Of a DNA stretch of 64,000 nt, positions 39,743 through 52,045 are shown in pieces; within the stretch, counting starts at the first letter, position 1; each line of letters begins with the position of its first letter. The stretch spans positions 102,054,001-102,118,000 of the forward strand of contig CM052817.1 in the NCBI GenBank assembly GCA_028534125.1. Reading direction: 5' to 3'. A program made the translations under genes and the position numbers. This DNA comes from Lama glama. Lineage: Eukaryota. Below the pieces are notes generated by a model. It was not told the origin of the DNA and made no database searches. It saw only the letters and a program-made list of their open reading frames with translations.

Positions 39743-39875
39743 CGTTTGTAGGATCAACTGAAAATGCCTTAGAAGAGGGAAGGATCCTATAGGAAATGTT
39801 CTCGTTGCTTTCCACATCTGTGGCTGCCACGGTCAGCACCGGGTACCCCACAGGCACCGATTCAGGAACAGTGAC
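39743..39875 (-). CDS. DCHS2: DCHS2 penultimate exon (133 nt): VTVPESVPVGYPVLTVAATDVESNENISYRILPSSKAFSVDPTN-G
   Basis: Acceptor ctccttttcccccag|GTCACT and donor AACG|gtgagt. Phase 0 in, phase 1 out, which matches the terminal exon (G+GC = Gly). Cadherin PE/ATD/F.VDP motifs. Confidence 0.95.
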
Positions 39876-40822
39876 CTGGGGGAAAAGGAGAGAGATGGAC
39901 ATTGTGCTTAAAGGCTGTAGCTCTTTTCATGAGCGGGACACGAAACCATTTTATTCATTTTGCTTATGGAAAATACAGAGAACCTGACTGTGTTAGGTAT
40001 ATTCACTTACAGCGTTGACATAGTAGGAAGATTGTATTAGTAGTTCCAGAAGTCAGGAAAACAACATTTAAAATTTTTCATTCAATTTTAATCTTTATTA
40101 TGAAAAAAATTTCCTTCTGAATTATTTCTGCATGGTAGAGAATAACTAATATGTTCACTAATGTATTATTACACTGTACACTGGATAATTGTGTACACTG
40201 GATAATTAACAAGCCTTCACAGACGACCATTACTGAGGTTAGTTTTTCCTCCTGTCTTTACAGGTCAATCTTGCATTTGTCACATTCAAAAGTCCTGGGG
40301 CCAATTTTCAAGTCCTTAGCTGAATGCGGTCAATTGTCCTTACTTCTGTAAACATATACTATGCTCCAAAATCTACAATTTCCACTTTGCAGTTTTCTTC
40401 ATGATTCTTTTCTGCAAAATGTTAATCAATATATTGAAAAACATGCCTAGGAAAGAAAAAATTTTACCAAATGAACTGCAGATAATCCAAACTCCCTGAT
40501 TGTCTTATCTGTGGCTTTGCAAGTATCAGGTGAGTTCCAGTTATTATAAACAACTAGATCCCAATCCCTCAGCACTGGAAAAATGGTGACATAAATTCAT
40601 ATGATGACATGTGATACATATTTAAGAAACTGAATGACAGAGTCAATCCCATATGTACTTCTATCCTCCATGTATTGAACACAAAACTCTCAGCATCCTC
40701 TGAGGCAGGGAAAGCAGTGAATACTGTCTGTCGAAATCAGCCTGTTAACAGCGGTAGGTTGACATCACTCCCTAGTCTTTTTAGTTTGGGCTACGATTTC
40801 AGCATCTCTTTAAGCTCTTTAC

Positions 40823-41110
40823 CTGGTAAGAGTCTTGAGAAAACACTGGTGCGTTATCATTGACGTCCAGCACACGGACGATGAGTGTCCCCTCGGTGTG
40901 ATGCACCAAGTCAGAAATTTGAACCTGCAGCTCATATTCAGTAGCTTCTTCAAAATCCAGCGTTTTTCACTAACACCACTGCTCCAGTGTTCCGATCAAT
41001 AGCAAACTTGGTTCCAGGATTACTCTCTTTGACGAAACTGAAGATGAAAGCTGGATTCGAATCTACATCATGAACTGATATCCGAGTCACAATTACACCA
41101 GGCAAAGAAT
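40823..41110 (-). CDS. DCHS2: DCHS2 third-last exon (288 nt as assembled, 287 needed), about one cadherin repeat, interrupted by a +1 frameshift at 40963-40967
   Basis: Acceptor ctgactgtttcag|ATTCTT and donor TACCAG|gtaaag. The first half reads (N)SLPGVIVTRISVHDVDSNPAFIFSFVKESNPGTKFAIDRNTGAVVLVK. The second half reads TLDFEEATEYELQVQISDLVHHTEGTLIVRVLDVNDNAPVFSQDSYQ in a different frame. Not reported in the ORF track. Confidence 0.93.
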
Positions 41111-42689
41111 CTGAAACAGTCAGGACCAATGTCAGTCTCCATTAAAATTCATCCTTTGAAATACTTTTCTTTAATAGCTCAATCCAAGCATTTTTATTTT
41201 AAGTTCAACACGGTTTGCTATTTCTTGGCATGATTTCTCATACAAGACTCGTGACGAACAAACAAAAAGGCTGAAGAATTTATAAGCCCAATAAAAGTGA
41301 AAATTTACCACTGAGTAGGGAATTGAGGAGGGAGGGTAGATTCAATTTTTATATTACACTTTTCATCATCTGTTTATAACACAATTCCAGGACCAAGACA
41401 CATTCTAAGCCACTATCTAGTTTCTGTATCCAAATCATATATTCATGGGGGATGTGCGTTGGGAACGTTACCACTCAAAACGTTAAAACAAAACGTACAA
41501 TTTTGAGAAGTAGGCCAGATTCAAACAAAAATATTTGGATACTGAAGTTAGAGATAGATATTTAGTTCCTTGTATTTATTTTTGTAAAATAATTTCTTCT
41601 GAGTGGCACATACTGGTCCTTTCTCTTAAAATCTGACTTTCAAAATTATCAAAGTTATCTATAGAAAGTATACATCATACTAGTAATGAAATCAGATCTC
41701 TAATGTTATCCACCAAAAACAAACTCACAAAATAGATGACACGGTAGATGTCTCACATGCCATGTGTGTTCTCGAGCCTAAACCGCCATGAAAAGGACTT
41801 TGTTTTGAAGCTGATAGGTACGGTGCAGGTGTATAGAAGATGCCAAGACCTTCAGAATAGTTCCACTGTGTGTGAGAGTCCTAATTTTCCTCTTTCAAGT
41901 CTGAGTATTCCAACCGCATCTGACCCCATTTAGCATGTTTTGATTTATTCAGTTTGTCCTTATGCTGTATTTACACTGGGCACATTGCTGCATTTTGATT
42001 CCAATGCATGTGCTTTAGAACAGTACCTTCAGTAAAATCCAATGAAAATAGATGAAACAAGCGAGAGGCAAAACTGAGCAATTTTTTTTTATTGGTAGGC
42101 TATTTTAGAATATTTAAAATATTCGTAGATATCCTTTTATGGAGAAGTTTCTGGAATACAGCCCTCTGTGAGATGGGATGTTTATAATTTGTTCAGAAAT
42201 GGAACATAACAAAATGTTAGGCACACTTTAGGAATATGTTGGATATTAAGAGTGAAAGGAGAGAGGCCACTGTTTGCAACTTCAACTCTAAAAAGCTGGG
42301 TTGGGTTTGACCAACAGTACAGCTGCTGACCACAGGCAGATTTGAAATCACAGACTGCTGAGTCATCATATAAGCCAGGGACCCAAACAATTAAGATTAA
42401 TCAGCATATTGCGTAAAATTCTGTATTTCCAACCTCTACCATTTAGATGGTAAAAATTTTCTGCAATTGTTGACGTTCAGTTGATACTAGAGGAAAATGA
42501 TAACTTTGTGCAAGGAATACCCAGTTCCTCCACTTATGACTTATCATTAGTGTCCTGCACAGACTGACAGTTATCAGCCCAAGAACACCGCTTCCTCGCA
42601 GGGGAGCTTCAGGGTGATCATCACAGTCAACAGAAGATGCGTCTTCACGGAGTGAAGCTCACTTTTGAGAAATGTCCATACACAAAAAA

Positions 42690-42900
42690 GAAGCTATGTG
42701 GAGTGGTGGTTTGACCTTGGGAAACTGGCCTCCCGCTGATTTGTATGCAAATCCCAACTTTTAACATTTAACTTCCTTGACATTCGCTATTTAACTTTTG
42801 ACCATCCGTTTTCTATTCTGTAAAATGAAGGCGAAAACTATTTATGTTGTGGTTGTTGAGAATCGGTACTCATAACTAACATAGCACCTGGTTGAAAAAA
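42690..42900 (+). mobile_element. MIR SINE
   Basis: ctatgtggagtggtggtt...caaatcccaact...ctgtaaaatga...ggttgttgagaat...tagcacctgg. Confidence 0.6.
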
Positions 42901-42960
42901 AAATGGTAGATAATAATACACAAGTTACTCAAAACCACTATGTTGAATCACCACACTTAC

Positions 42961-43091
42961 TTTCTGCAATTTCCACTGCTTCAGAGGGGAGAAATTCCGG
43001 AACATTGTCATTTGTATCAGTCACCTGTATCTCAATCACACTTGTACCAGAAAGCCTGGGTCTCCCTTTATCTGTGGCTTGCACAATCAAG
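42961..43091 (-). CDS. DCHS2: DCHS2 fourth-last exon (131 nt): LIVQATDKGRPRLSGTSVIEIQVTDTNDNVPEFLPSEAVEIAE
   Basis: Acceptor ttcttttccaaaccag|CTTGATT and donor GCAGAAA|gtaagt. Phase 2 in, phase 1 out (A+AT = Asn with the next exon). ATDKG and DxNDN.P.F cadherin motifs. Confidence 0.95.
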
Positions 43092-43699
43092 CTGGTTTGG
43101 AAAAGAATTGAGGAATGTTATCCATCATCCAGAGAATAAGAAAACAACATGAATATCAAATATCCAGTTGAAAATTTAAAAATGAGCTGACTAGCTACTT
43201 TTATTTCTCCCTCTGGCTTTTCTAAATGGCATCACTTATAACTTATTTTATAAAATGGTAGCCTGAAATTGATCTATTTTTGGTATATTTAGGGAATCAA
43301 ATCCAGTGAGCCACCAGGGGGTCATGAAGTGTTGAAAACGAATGAACTCTTTCTGGGAGACACAGGGTAAAATCCAGTCCTTCCCTACTGAGAACAACCT
43401 AAAAAGGAAAGCACCAAAACCTGCTCTTTGGATAAGTGGACTGCCTCCACCCCGCCACACATGGCCTGGATATTGCTACATATTTCCGTTTTACTGCACC
43501 AACAAAACATAGAGCCACTAAAAGATTGCTTTGTATTGTTTTTTTCAGATCCAAACTGCAAGTCAATCAAAACTGCAGAATCAGAACTGCAGAAAGGGCA
43601 CTGCCAGGAAGAATACCCATACGACAGATGTGTAATTGGCTAGGACTGTAAAGCAAAGTTCAAAGTCCATGATCTGCACATAGTGATCCAATCTCTCTT

Positions 43700-44470
43700 G
43701 GATGATGGTACAACCAGTTACTCCAGCAACCAACTTAGAAACCTTATTAGCATCTTCAGCTTCTCCCTTTGTCACCACCTTGAAAACACCCAACTAGTTA
43801 TGAGCCTTATAGATTTTATTACCTGAATATCACCTGGATCAGTGTCCCCATCCACTTCACTCCTACCTTCAGAGCCTCAGATGGGCTGATCGGACATCCT
43901 GCTTTACAGGAACTGAAAGGTTTCCTGGCATGGGACTTTATTATGTTTTTAAAAGCAGGACAGTCCCAGACAATCTAGAACACACTGGTCGCTGTAGCCC
44001 CATCCCCTCATCATTACCTGGCATGCTGTGTGTTCATTATATCTTTTCTCCACTGGAGTGCTTCTTACTCACCAATCTTCCTACTGCAAGTCTCATCCGA
44101 TTTCTATTCATCCTCCACATTCAACTGTTCTATCTAAAATCCCGGTTTGAAAATCTGACTCCCCTGTTTAAAACCTTTCTTTGGCATTTCGCATCTGCAA
44201 GAGGGGAGTCTAAGCCTTGAGCACACAGGCATGACCTGCCCCGGCCTGGCTTCAGCCTGGAGTCCCGTCCCTACGCCCTCACATCTCTGTAAGCCCTCGC
44301 TGGCCTCTCGTCTGATTTCGTGTCCCTCTCTCTCCATCCCACAGAACCTGGTACATTCTTCCTCACCCTGTCTTCTTAATGATTTATTTGTCTGCCTCTC
44401 CCATTAGTTCTTTGAGGGCAGATGTCTAGCCTTATTTGATTTTCTTTAGATACATGTTGAGTGTTGGTTT
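43700..44470 (+). mobile_element. L2 LINE fragment
   Basis: tagattttattacctgaatat...ttcatcctccaca...tgactcccctgtttaaaacctt...tttgagggcag. Confidence 0.6.
43882..43996 (+). mobile_element. MER81-like hAT-Blackjack MITE inside the L2
   Basis: ~115 bp imperfect palindrome: ggaactgaaaggtttcctggcatgggacttt...aaaagcaggacagtcccagacaa...tggtc. Confidence 0.65.
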
Positions 44471-46134
44471 CTCAAAATTTATCCAAGATCATAAATGGAT
44501 TAGAGGCCAGAGCCAGGATTCCAGCCCAGGTCCTGGTTGACAGGAAAGCTTGCATTCATCGATGCGATACTCTTCAACATGCCTCTCTTACTGTGTGTAT
44601 ATCACACCCTAATGTGTAATCATTAGCTTTGCACTCCCCTCTAAACACGATGACTTCCAGGAGGGTAGCTGACTAATAAAGCAAGTTGTCAATCGGAAGA
44701 TGATCTCCATTTCACCAGTGGAATTAGTATCAGTCAGTTGGTGATATTATCTTTTGAGAAACTAGGTCATGGAAGTGGACGCACTTCTACTTTCTTTTCT
44801 GTTGTTAGCTTACCTGATAAGTGTTCTTTATCGTCCCACTTTAAATTTTAAAATGATGTGAAATAAGCATTAACCTTTTGTTGGGCTGAATTCTGCTTAA
44901 TAGCAAATGATCACCGCTTACCTACCATTCACAAAGCACACAGGCTGCCTTCTGCACTGTTGGAAGCTGGGACATCAGTAAAAACAACTACTTGAATTTC
45001 ATATTTCCTGAGTCTAGGAATAATTCCCCATGGACAGTTTGTTTTGTTAGCATGAACGTAAGTCAGGTACATATGGAAAAATTTTACTAAAATAATCAAC
45101 TCATAATGTTCTCTGCCCCTGCGGTGTGGCCCTCCCCAGTGTCATACTGAAGTCTCAGCCAAGACATCAAAGTTATGGCTCTGTGGGCTTTTCCACTACA
45201 GCCCTAACCGCCCTTATTTTCATAGTGTTATGATTTCAGAGGTCCTATGTAATGCCTACGTCAGGTTAAAAAAGTGAGAGTCTTTGATAAAGAGAGACAT
45301 ACGATTCAATTTCAAAACAAAAGGACAAGTAAAAAGTTTCTCAGTGGCTTGAAGAACAAATGAAAAGTAATGAAAGTGGATCCCCTGAGATTCTACACAT
45401 GACTTCTATGAGACTTCAAGTTTTCTGTGACGGCTCCTTGGCAGTCTTTGTATAACTATTGGTTGTGGCCAGTCCAACTGGCTCCGTGTTCCAGGACTGC
45501 TGTCCTGATTAGGAAATCAAAAGAGACTCTGCATGAAACTGACCAGATGAAACCAGTCTCATTCTAGTTCAGAGCTTACTTCTCCTATCTCCCAACGATG
45601 GGACGCTTCTTTTACCATGTTAAACTTTAAAGGAGACTTCGACCAGGTAGGGTCTTTTCTGACTGCCTTAATACTGAAGATGGTGGTAGAAAATTTTCAA
45701 AACTCTCTCTCAACACTATGTTAAGTGTCTCCCAAGAGTTAAGTGTTTTCAGCCAGCATCGTAACACCTCTCAAAGGAAGAGCTCTGACTTCTGGCTATA
45801 TCTACACAAGTTTTATTTCCTCTTCCTCTGGAGATTCTACTCTGATGACGGCAAAGGAATTTAATGTAAGGTATATGTTAAGGCTAAAAAGAAAATGGGA
45901 GAAGGTATTAGTGAGTGGAATGGGTGAGAAGTTTCAACAAATTTCGGGAAAATGCAAGCAGATTGAGGGATAGTTACAGATTAGTGGATCAGCAGAAACT
46001 ATGGAGTAAAAGGTATTCTGCATTTGGAGGGAGATAAGAATGAGAGAATGAGTGAGAAACAGATTTGACCCCACATACCCAAGGATAAGCTCAAAACATG
46101 GCAAAGCGCAGTGTGAGATACTGGGCTAAAAATG

Positions 46135-46343
46135 GGGATTTCAAAATTGTAGAATAGACACACAAATTGTAGAATAGATGTATAGCACAGGGAAATATAT
46201 ACAAGATCTTGTGGTAGCTCACAGAGAAAAAAATATGACAATGAATATATGTATGTTCATGTATAACTGAAAAATTGTGCTCTACATTGGAATTTGACAC
46301 AACATTGTAAAATGATTATAAATCAATAAAAAATGTTAAAAAA
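46135..46343 (+). mobile_element. Young lineage-specific L1 3' end (5'-truncated)
   Basis: Closely similar to 50470-50675: gggatttcaaaa.tgtagaataga...gcacagggaaatatataca.gatcttgtggt.gctcaca...gtataactgaaaaattgt.ctctaca.tggaatttgacacaa. Confidence 0.85.
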
Positions 46344-46849
46344 GGAAAGATTATTTTAAATTCAAAATACAGAACAATCAAGTCCCCTTGCCCATTTCTC
46401 TTCAATCCCAGGCAAAAACTATGTCCGATGTTCATACTCAGGGTGAGCAACACTGAGAGACTGTCCCAGGAGAATAAAAACCCCTCCCAAAGGGAAAAAC
46501 AAACTCTCTATACACTGTCATTTGTATGTCATCCTGCAAAGTAGTCAAGTTCCTCTCTGGCTCATCTGAAAGCCAAGTGTGCTGGTCAGTGAGTTCCACA
46601 AGCCCACAGAGAGATTCTGACTTCACTGTTGCCTTACTCAGAACCAAGGATCATTAGTTACTTACAGAAAGCCTCCAGCATGGAAAAGAGAGCATAAAAT
46701 AGACAAAGGGAAGAAACAGACCCAAAGAAAACAGAGATCTTGAAAGAGCAAAAGACAATGTAAAAACAATTCTAAGATAATGCATAACACAAGAACACAA
46801 TGCTATGGAAAAGCTGAAAGATGAAGGAAGAGCTTTTGGAAATTAAAAA

Positions 46850-46907
46850 AATATATATATATAATATATATAATATATATAATATATATAATATATATAT
46901 ATATATA
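46850..46907. repeat. (TA)n / (ATATATAAT)n low-complexity repeat
   Basis: Pure A/T periodic run. Confidence 0.9.
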
Positions 46908-47789
46908 GTATCCCAAAAATGTTTAACTAAAAAACAAAAATAGAGAAAGTTTAGAAGGTTATAATTAAGTAAATCTCCCAGAAAAATAGAACAACAAAAA
47001 TAAACCCACACACAAGAAATGGAAAGTAGGGAATGAAATATCACTGACAAATGATGAATTCTGGCAGTCCAACATTTGATTGTCAAGAGCTTCCTCATCA
47101 CCAGGCAATGGTCTCTCTCCAGTTGTGGACCTCAATATTATAAACCTCAAAATGCTTACTCAGCCTTGTTTGAAATGAAAAGAAATTCTAGGTCACAATG
47201 GCATTCACTGAGAAATCAACAGAGGAAATAATCCTACCACATGTTTGAAAAGGAACACTTGAAGGCTACCATTTTGGCCCTTGTTTATGGACAGAAGGTT
47301 ACAGCATTGAGGAGGACTTGCATTCTGGTGATGGCAGAAGGGAAGATGAACAAAAGCCCTGTTGGAACACTGGCCAAATAAGGCAAATTTGTGATTTGAG
47401 TTGAAATCTATACATGTGATACTTCTTTTTATCATAAATTATAATTCCTGTCTCTGAAATTTATGGATGCTACCTAGGACAGGAATTCATAACCATGAAG
47501 TTGTTTGATTTCTGGAACCTGTGGTGTTTCTGGTACATATTTGTTATAGGACATTTTATTTCCTCACTTAATCTGTAAAATGTTTTTGTCAATGCAAGTC
47601 AATCTGTTGACTTGAGTTTTCAATTAACCTTACAGTTTCGTATTAATCAACCTACAAATACAGTAGTGTGTACTTTATCTTCTTAGAAAACAATTTGGGA
47701 CAAGTCTATTCCCTGCAAACTCCTTAAAATAAGGAATATTTTTTGCAGATTCTAATCCAAACACATTCTGAAAGCTTTTTCTTTCGTGT

Positions 47790-49000
47790 AGTCTAGCCTC
47801 TCTCCTTGGTTTCCATGAAACCACCTTTTCCAGGTTCTGCTCCTATCTTTCTAGTCCATAAATCTATTTTGCTGGCTGCTTTTGCTCTGTCTGGCCCTCA
47901 AATGGTGATAATCCCCTAAATTCCCATTTCATATGGTCTCCCTAGGTAATTCCATGTTACACATCTTCCCTGGATGAATCCCAAAGCTAAATCTTGAATG
48001 AAGATCTCTTTCCTGAGCGCCAGATCATTATTTTTAATTCCCAAAGATGTATCTTTATTTCTGCTCTTGCACTGGCCCTTCAAACTCAAAATGCCCAAGA
48101 AAAAAAATCCAATCCCAGTCGAGTCTTCTTCTTGCTTTTCCCACGTGGAAACTTTAGAAGCATTTACTATCTCCTCCCCTTGTTCCTACAGATTTCATGT
48201 CTGAATCAATTAGTAAGTATGACCCCTCCTTGAATCCCCACAGCTTCATCCCCGTAACAGACCGCTCACAGCTGTTGTTTAGCTTAACCAGTCTGTGTGA
48301 TGCTGGTTCTCTGTCCTGCAAGACATCATCACTAGACGTCTTTTAAAAATAAAGATCTGAACATGCACTCAATGCTGATAATTTTATATAGCTTACAACT
48401 AGAGTACAATTTCCAGTATATGGTATATAAGGTCCTTCAAAACTTGCCTGCGACCTACCAGCCTCTCTTTTGTTGTTTTGCTTTGTTTTTCACATCACAG
48501 GATGAGATTCCCCGCCCCAGTTTTATTGAGATATAATTGATATGCAGCACTGTATAAGCTTGAGGTATACAGACAGCATAATGACTTGACTTACACATAC
48601 TGTGAAGTGATTACCATAATAATAACTTTAGTTAATATCCATCATTTCACATAGATATGGAAAAAATTTTTTTCTCTTGTGATGAGAACCCTTAAAATCT
48701 CCTCTCTTAACAACTTTCGTATATACCATACACAGTCATCATGTTGTACATATGGAAAAATTTTACTAAATTTACTAAAAAACATCCCCAGTACTTATTT
48801 ATCTTACTGGAAGTTTGTGCTTTTTGCCCATCTGTCTCCTACTCTTCCACACCCAGCCTCTTTTTTTATTACCCCACACTCGGCAGCTTCTCAGGTGCAC
48901 TGTACCACTTGTTACTTCCAAATGCACCGAATGCTTTCACATATCCATGCCCTCCCTCATGCTTTCTGCCTTGATGTCGTCATGCCTGGAACGCCTTTAC
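47790..49000 (+). mobile_element. L2 fragments, interrupted by an antisense L1 3' end (~48518-48860)
   Basis: L2 motifs ccttggtttccatgaaacca, tcctgagcgccagatc and aaactcaaaatgcccaa. The insert begins cccagttttattgagatataattga. Confidence 0.65.
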
Positions 49001-49511
49001 TCCCTTTTCCACGGGAAACAAGCAGACTGGGGGTCCAATTCCAGCCTTGCTGCTTATGAGTCATGTATTTTGGAAAAAATAATTAACATTTCAGCCCATT
49101 TGCTACCTTTAATATATAACTGCTTTTTTATTATTTCTTGCACAGTCATAATGAGCGTTCGGTGGAGTATGAGTTTAGCATTGCTCCTGGCAATAAGTGC
49201 TCTTTGACCTTGAATATTTCTCCTACAGAAACTGAATTTTTAAACACTTAACTCTTATTTGCCTATGACCTTTTTGTTGTTCACTTTAATTTAAAGTCCC
49301 TCAAAAGACTAAAAAATCTCGGCCCTAAAGTGTTACAGGACTCACACTAATATCGATTACCAGCTTAAATAGTAATAAGTCTCCCCACATCAGTAACAAG
49401 TCAGGGAGAAGAAAGCGGTTATTCAAATCCCACTTTTGCAGCTCACACCTAGACATATGGCCTGTCACAACTGCTGGTTGGAACTTATTTGCTATAATTA
49501 TTTTAAGTTTC

Positions 49512-50011
49512 NNNNNNNNNNNNNNNNNNNNNNNNNNNNNNNNNNNNNNNNNNNNNNNNNNNNNNNNNNNNNNNNNNNNNNNNNNNNNNNNNNNNNNNNN
49601 NNNNNNNNNNNNNNNNNNNNNNNNNNNNNNNNNNNNNNNNNNNNNNNNNNNNNNNNNNNNNNNNNNNNNNNNNNNNNNNNNNNNNNNNNNNNNNNNNNNN
49701 NNNNNNNNNNNNNNNNNNNNNNNNNNNNNNNNNNNNNNNNNNNNNNNNNNNNNNNNNNNNNNNNNNNNNNNNNNNNNNNNNNNNNNNNNNNNNNNNNNNN
49801 NNNNNNNNNNNNNNNNNNNNNNNNNNNNNNNNNNNNNNNNNNNNNNNNNNNNNNNNNNNNNNNNNNNNNNNNNNNNNNNNNNNNNNNNNNNNNNNNNNNN
49901 NNNNNNNNNNNNNNNNNNNNNNNNNNNNNNNNNNNNNNNNNNNNNNNNNNNNNNNNNNNNNNNNNNNNNNNNNNNNNNNNNNNNNNNNNNNNNNNNNNNN
50001 NNNNNNNNNNN
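49512..50011. other. Assembly gap (500 N)
   Basis: Run of exactly 500 N. Confidence 1.
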
Positions 50012-50708
50012 AGATTCCTCAAAAGACTAGGAATAGACTTACCATATGACCCAGGAATCCCACTCCTGGGCATTATATCCAGAAGGAGCCCTACTTCAAA
50101 AAGACACCTGCACCCCAGTGTTCATAGCAGCACTATTTACAATAGCCAAGACATGGAGACAGCCTAAATGTCCATCAACAGATGACTGGATAAAGGAAAT
50201 GTGGTATATTTATACAATGGAATACTATTCAGCCATAAAAATCGACAACATAACGCCATTTGCAGCAACATGGATGTTACTGGAGAATGTCATTCTAAGT
50301 GAAGTAAGCCAGAAAGAGAAAGAAAAATACCATATGAGATTGCTCATATGCAGAATCTAAAAATAAAATAAAATAAAAATAAATACAAAAAATAACAGAA
50401 TCATTAGACATAGAATACAAACTTGTGGTTGCCAGGGGGACGGGGGTGGGGGGTGGGAAGGGACAGACTGGGATTTCAAAATGTAGAATAGATAAACAAA
50501 GTTGTACTGTGTAGCACAGGGAAATATATACAGGATCTTGTGGTGGCTCACAACAAAAGAGAATGTGACAATGAATGTATGTATGTTCATGTATAACTGA
50601 AAAATTGTCCTCTACACTGGAATTTGACACAATATTGTAAAATGACTATGACTCAATTAAAAAATGTTAAAAAATAAATAAATAAAAAAATTTAAAAGTA
50701 AAAAAAAA
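50012..50708 (+). mobile_element. Young L1: ORF2 C-terminus, 3' UTR and poly(A)
   Basis: Translates RFLKRLGIDLPYDPGIPLLGI and KDTCTPVFIAALFTIAKTWRQPKCPSTDDWIKEMWYIYTMEYYSAIK...ILSEVSQKEKEKYHM. G-rich UTR tract and A tail. Confidence 0.95.
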
Positions 50709-52045
50709 GAAAGTGAGGGAATGGAAAAAAGTATTCCATGCAAATTAAAATGAAAACAAAGCCAGGGTAGCAGTGCTTATATCAGACAAAACAGATGTTG
50801 TCTGTAACAAAGACTGTAATAAGAGACAAAGATGGACACTACAGATTGATAAAGGAATCATTCCAAGAAGATATAACAATTGTAAACATATATACACCCA
50901 ACATAGGAGTACCTAAATACATAAAGCAAATATTAACAGACACAACAGGAGAAAATGACAGAAATATAATAGTAGTAGGAGACTTTAACACCCCACTTAC
51001 CTCAATGGAGAGATCACCCAGACAGAAAATCAACAAGGAGACATCAGCCTTAAGAGACACATCAGACCAGGTGGACTTAATAAATTTGCATGGAACATTC
51101 CATCCCAAAGCAGCAGAATACACATGATTTTCAACGGCCCAGCAGATGAATGGATAGAGAAGATGTGATGTATCTATATGTGTATATATATGTATGTATG
51201 TATATATACATATAAAATTAAATACTACTTGGTCATAAAAAGAATGAAATCTTGCCAGTTGTGACAACAGGGGTTGACCTAGAAGGTATTATGCTGAGTG
51301 AAATAAGTCAGAGAAAGACAAATACTATATGATTTCACTTACATGTGGAATCTGAAAAACAAAACAAGTAATAAACATAACTAAACAGAAACAGAGTCAT
51401 AGATACAAAGGACAAACAGGTGATTGCCAGAGGGGAGGAAAGAGATAGTGAGGGAGATTACAAGGTACAAATTTCAGGTACAGAAGAAATGAGTCACAAG
51501 TTGGAAATGTACAGTGTGGGGAATGCAGTCAACAATTATGTAACATCTTTGTATGATGACAGATGACAATTAGACTTATAATGGCAATCACTTTGAAAAG
51601 TATAGATGAATCTAAGCACTGTGTTGTGTACCAGGGACTAATAAACTGTTGTAGGTCAATTATACTTCAAAAACAATGAACAATTTGTGGTTCCCAGAGG
51701 CAGGTTGATGGTGGGTGGGGAAATGGATGAAGACAGTCAACACGTACAAACTTCCAGTTACAAGATGAATAAATACTAAGGATGTAATGTACAACCTGAT
51801 AAATATAATTAACACTGCTGTACTTTATGAAAGTTGTTGCGAGAGTAAATCCTGAGAGTTCTCATCACGAGGAGAATTTTTTTTTCTATTTCTTCAATTT
51901 TATATCTAGATGAGATGATGGATGTTCACTAAATTATTATAGTGATCATTTCATAATGTCTGTAAACCAAATCCTTATGGTGCACACCTTAAACTTACAT
52001 AGTGCTGTATGTCAATTACATCTCAATAAAACTGGAAGAAAAAAT
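50709..52045 (+). mobile_element. Older L1: endonuclease fragment joined directly to the 3' end
   Basis: ORF 50795 has RDKDGHY...NIYTPN...VGDFNTPL...FHPKAAEYT (L1 APE domain). From ~51140 it continues cagatgaatggata (ORF2 end) and a 3' UTR ending tctcaataaaactggaagaaaaa. Confidence 0.88.

Noticed and set aside
40175..40207. Short direct duplications (tgtacactggataatt x2; also near 11294-11329, 11720-11746, 20220-20252 and 55450-55500)
   Set aside because: Ordinary slippage duplications of two or three units with no spacers; not CRISPR-like or otherwise organised.
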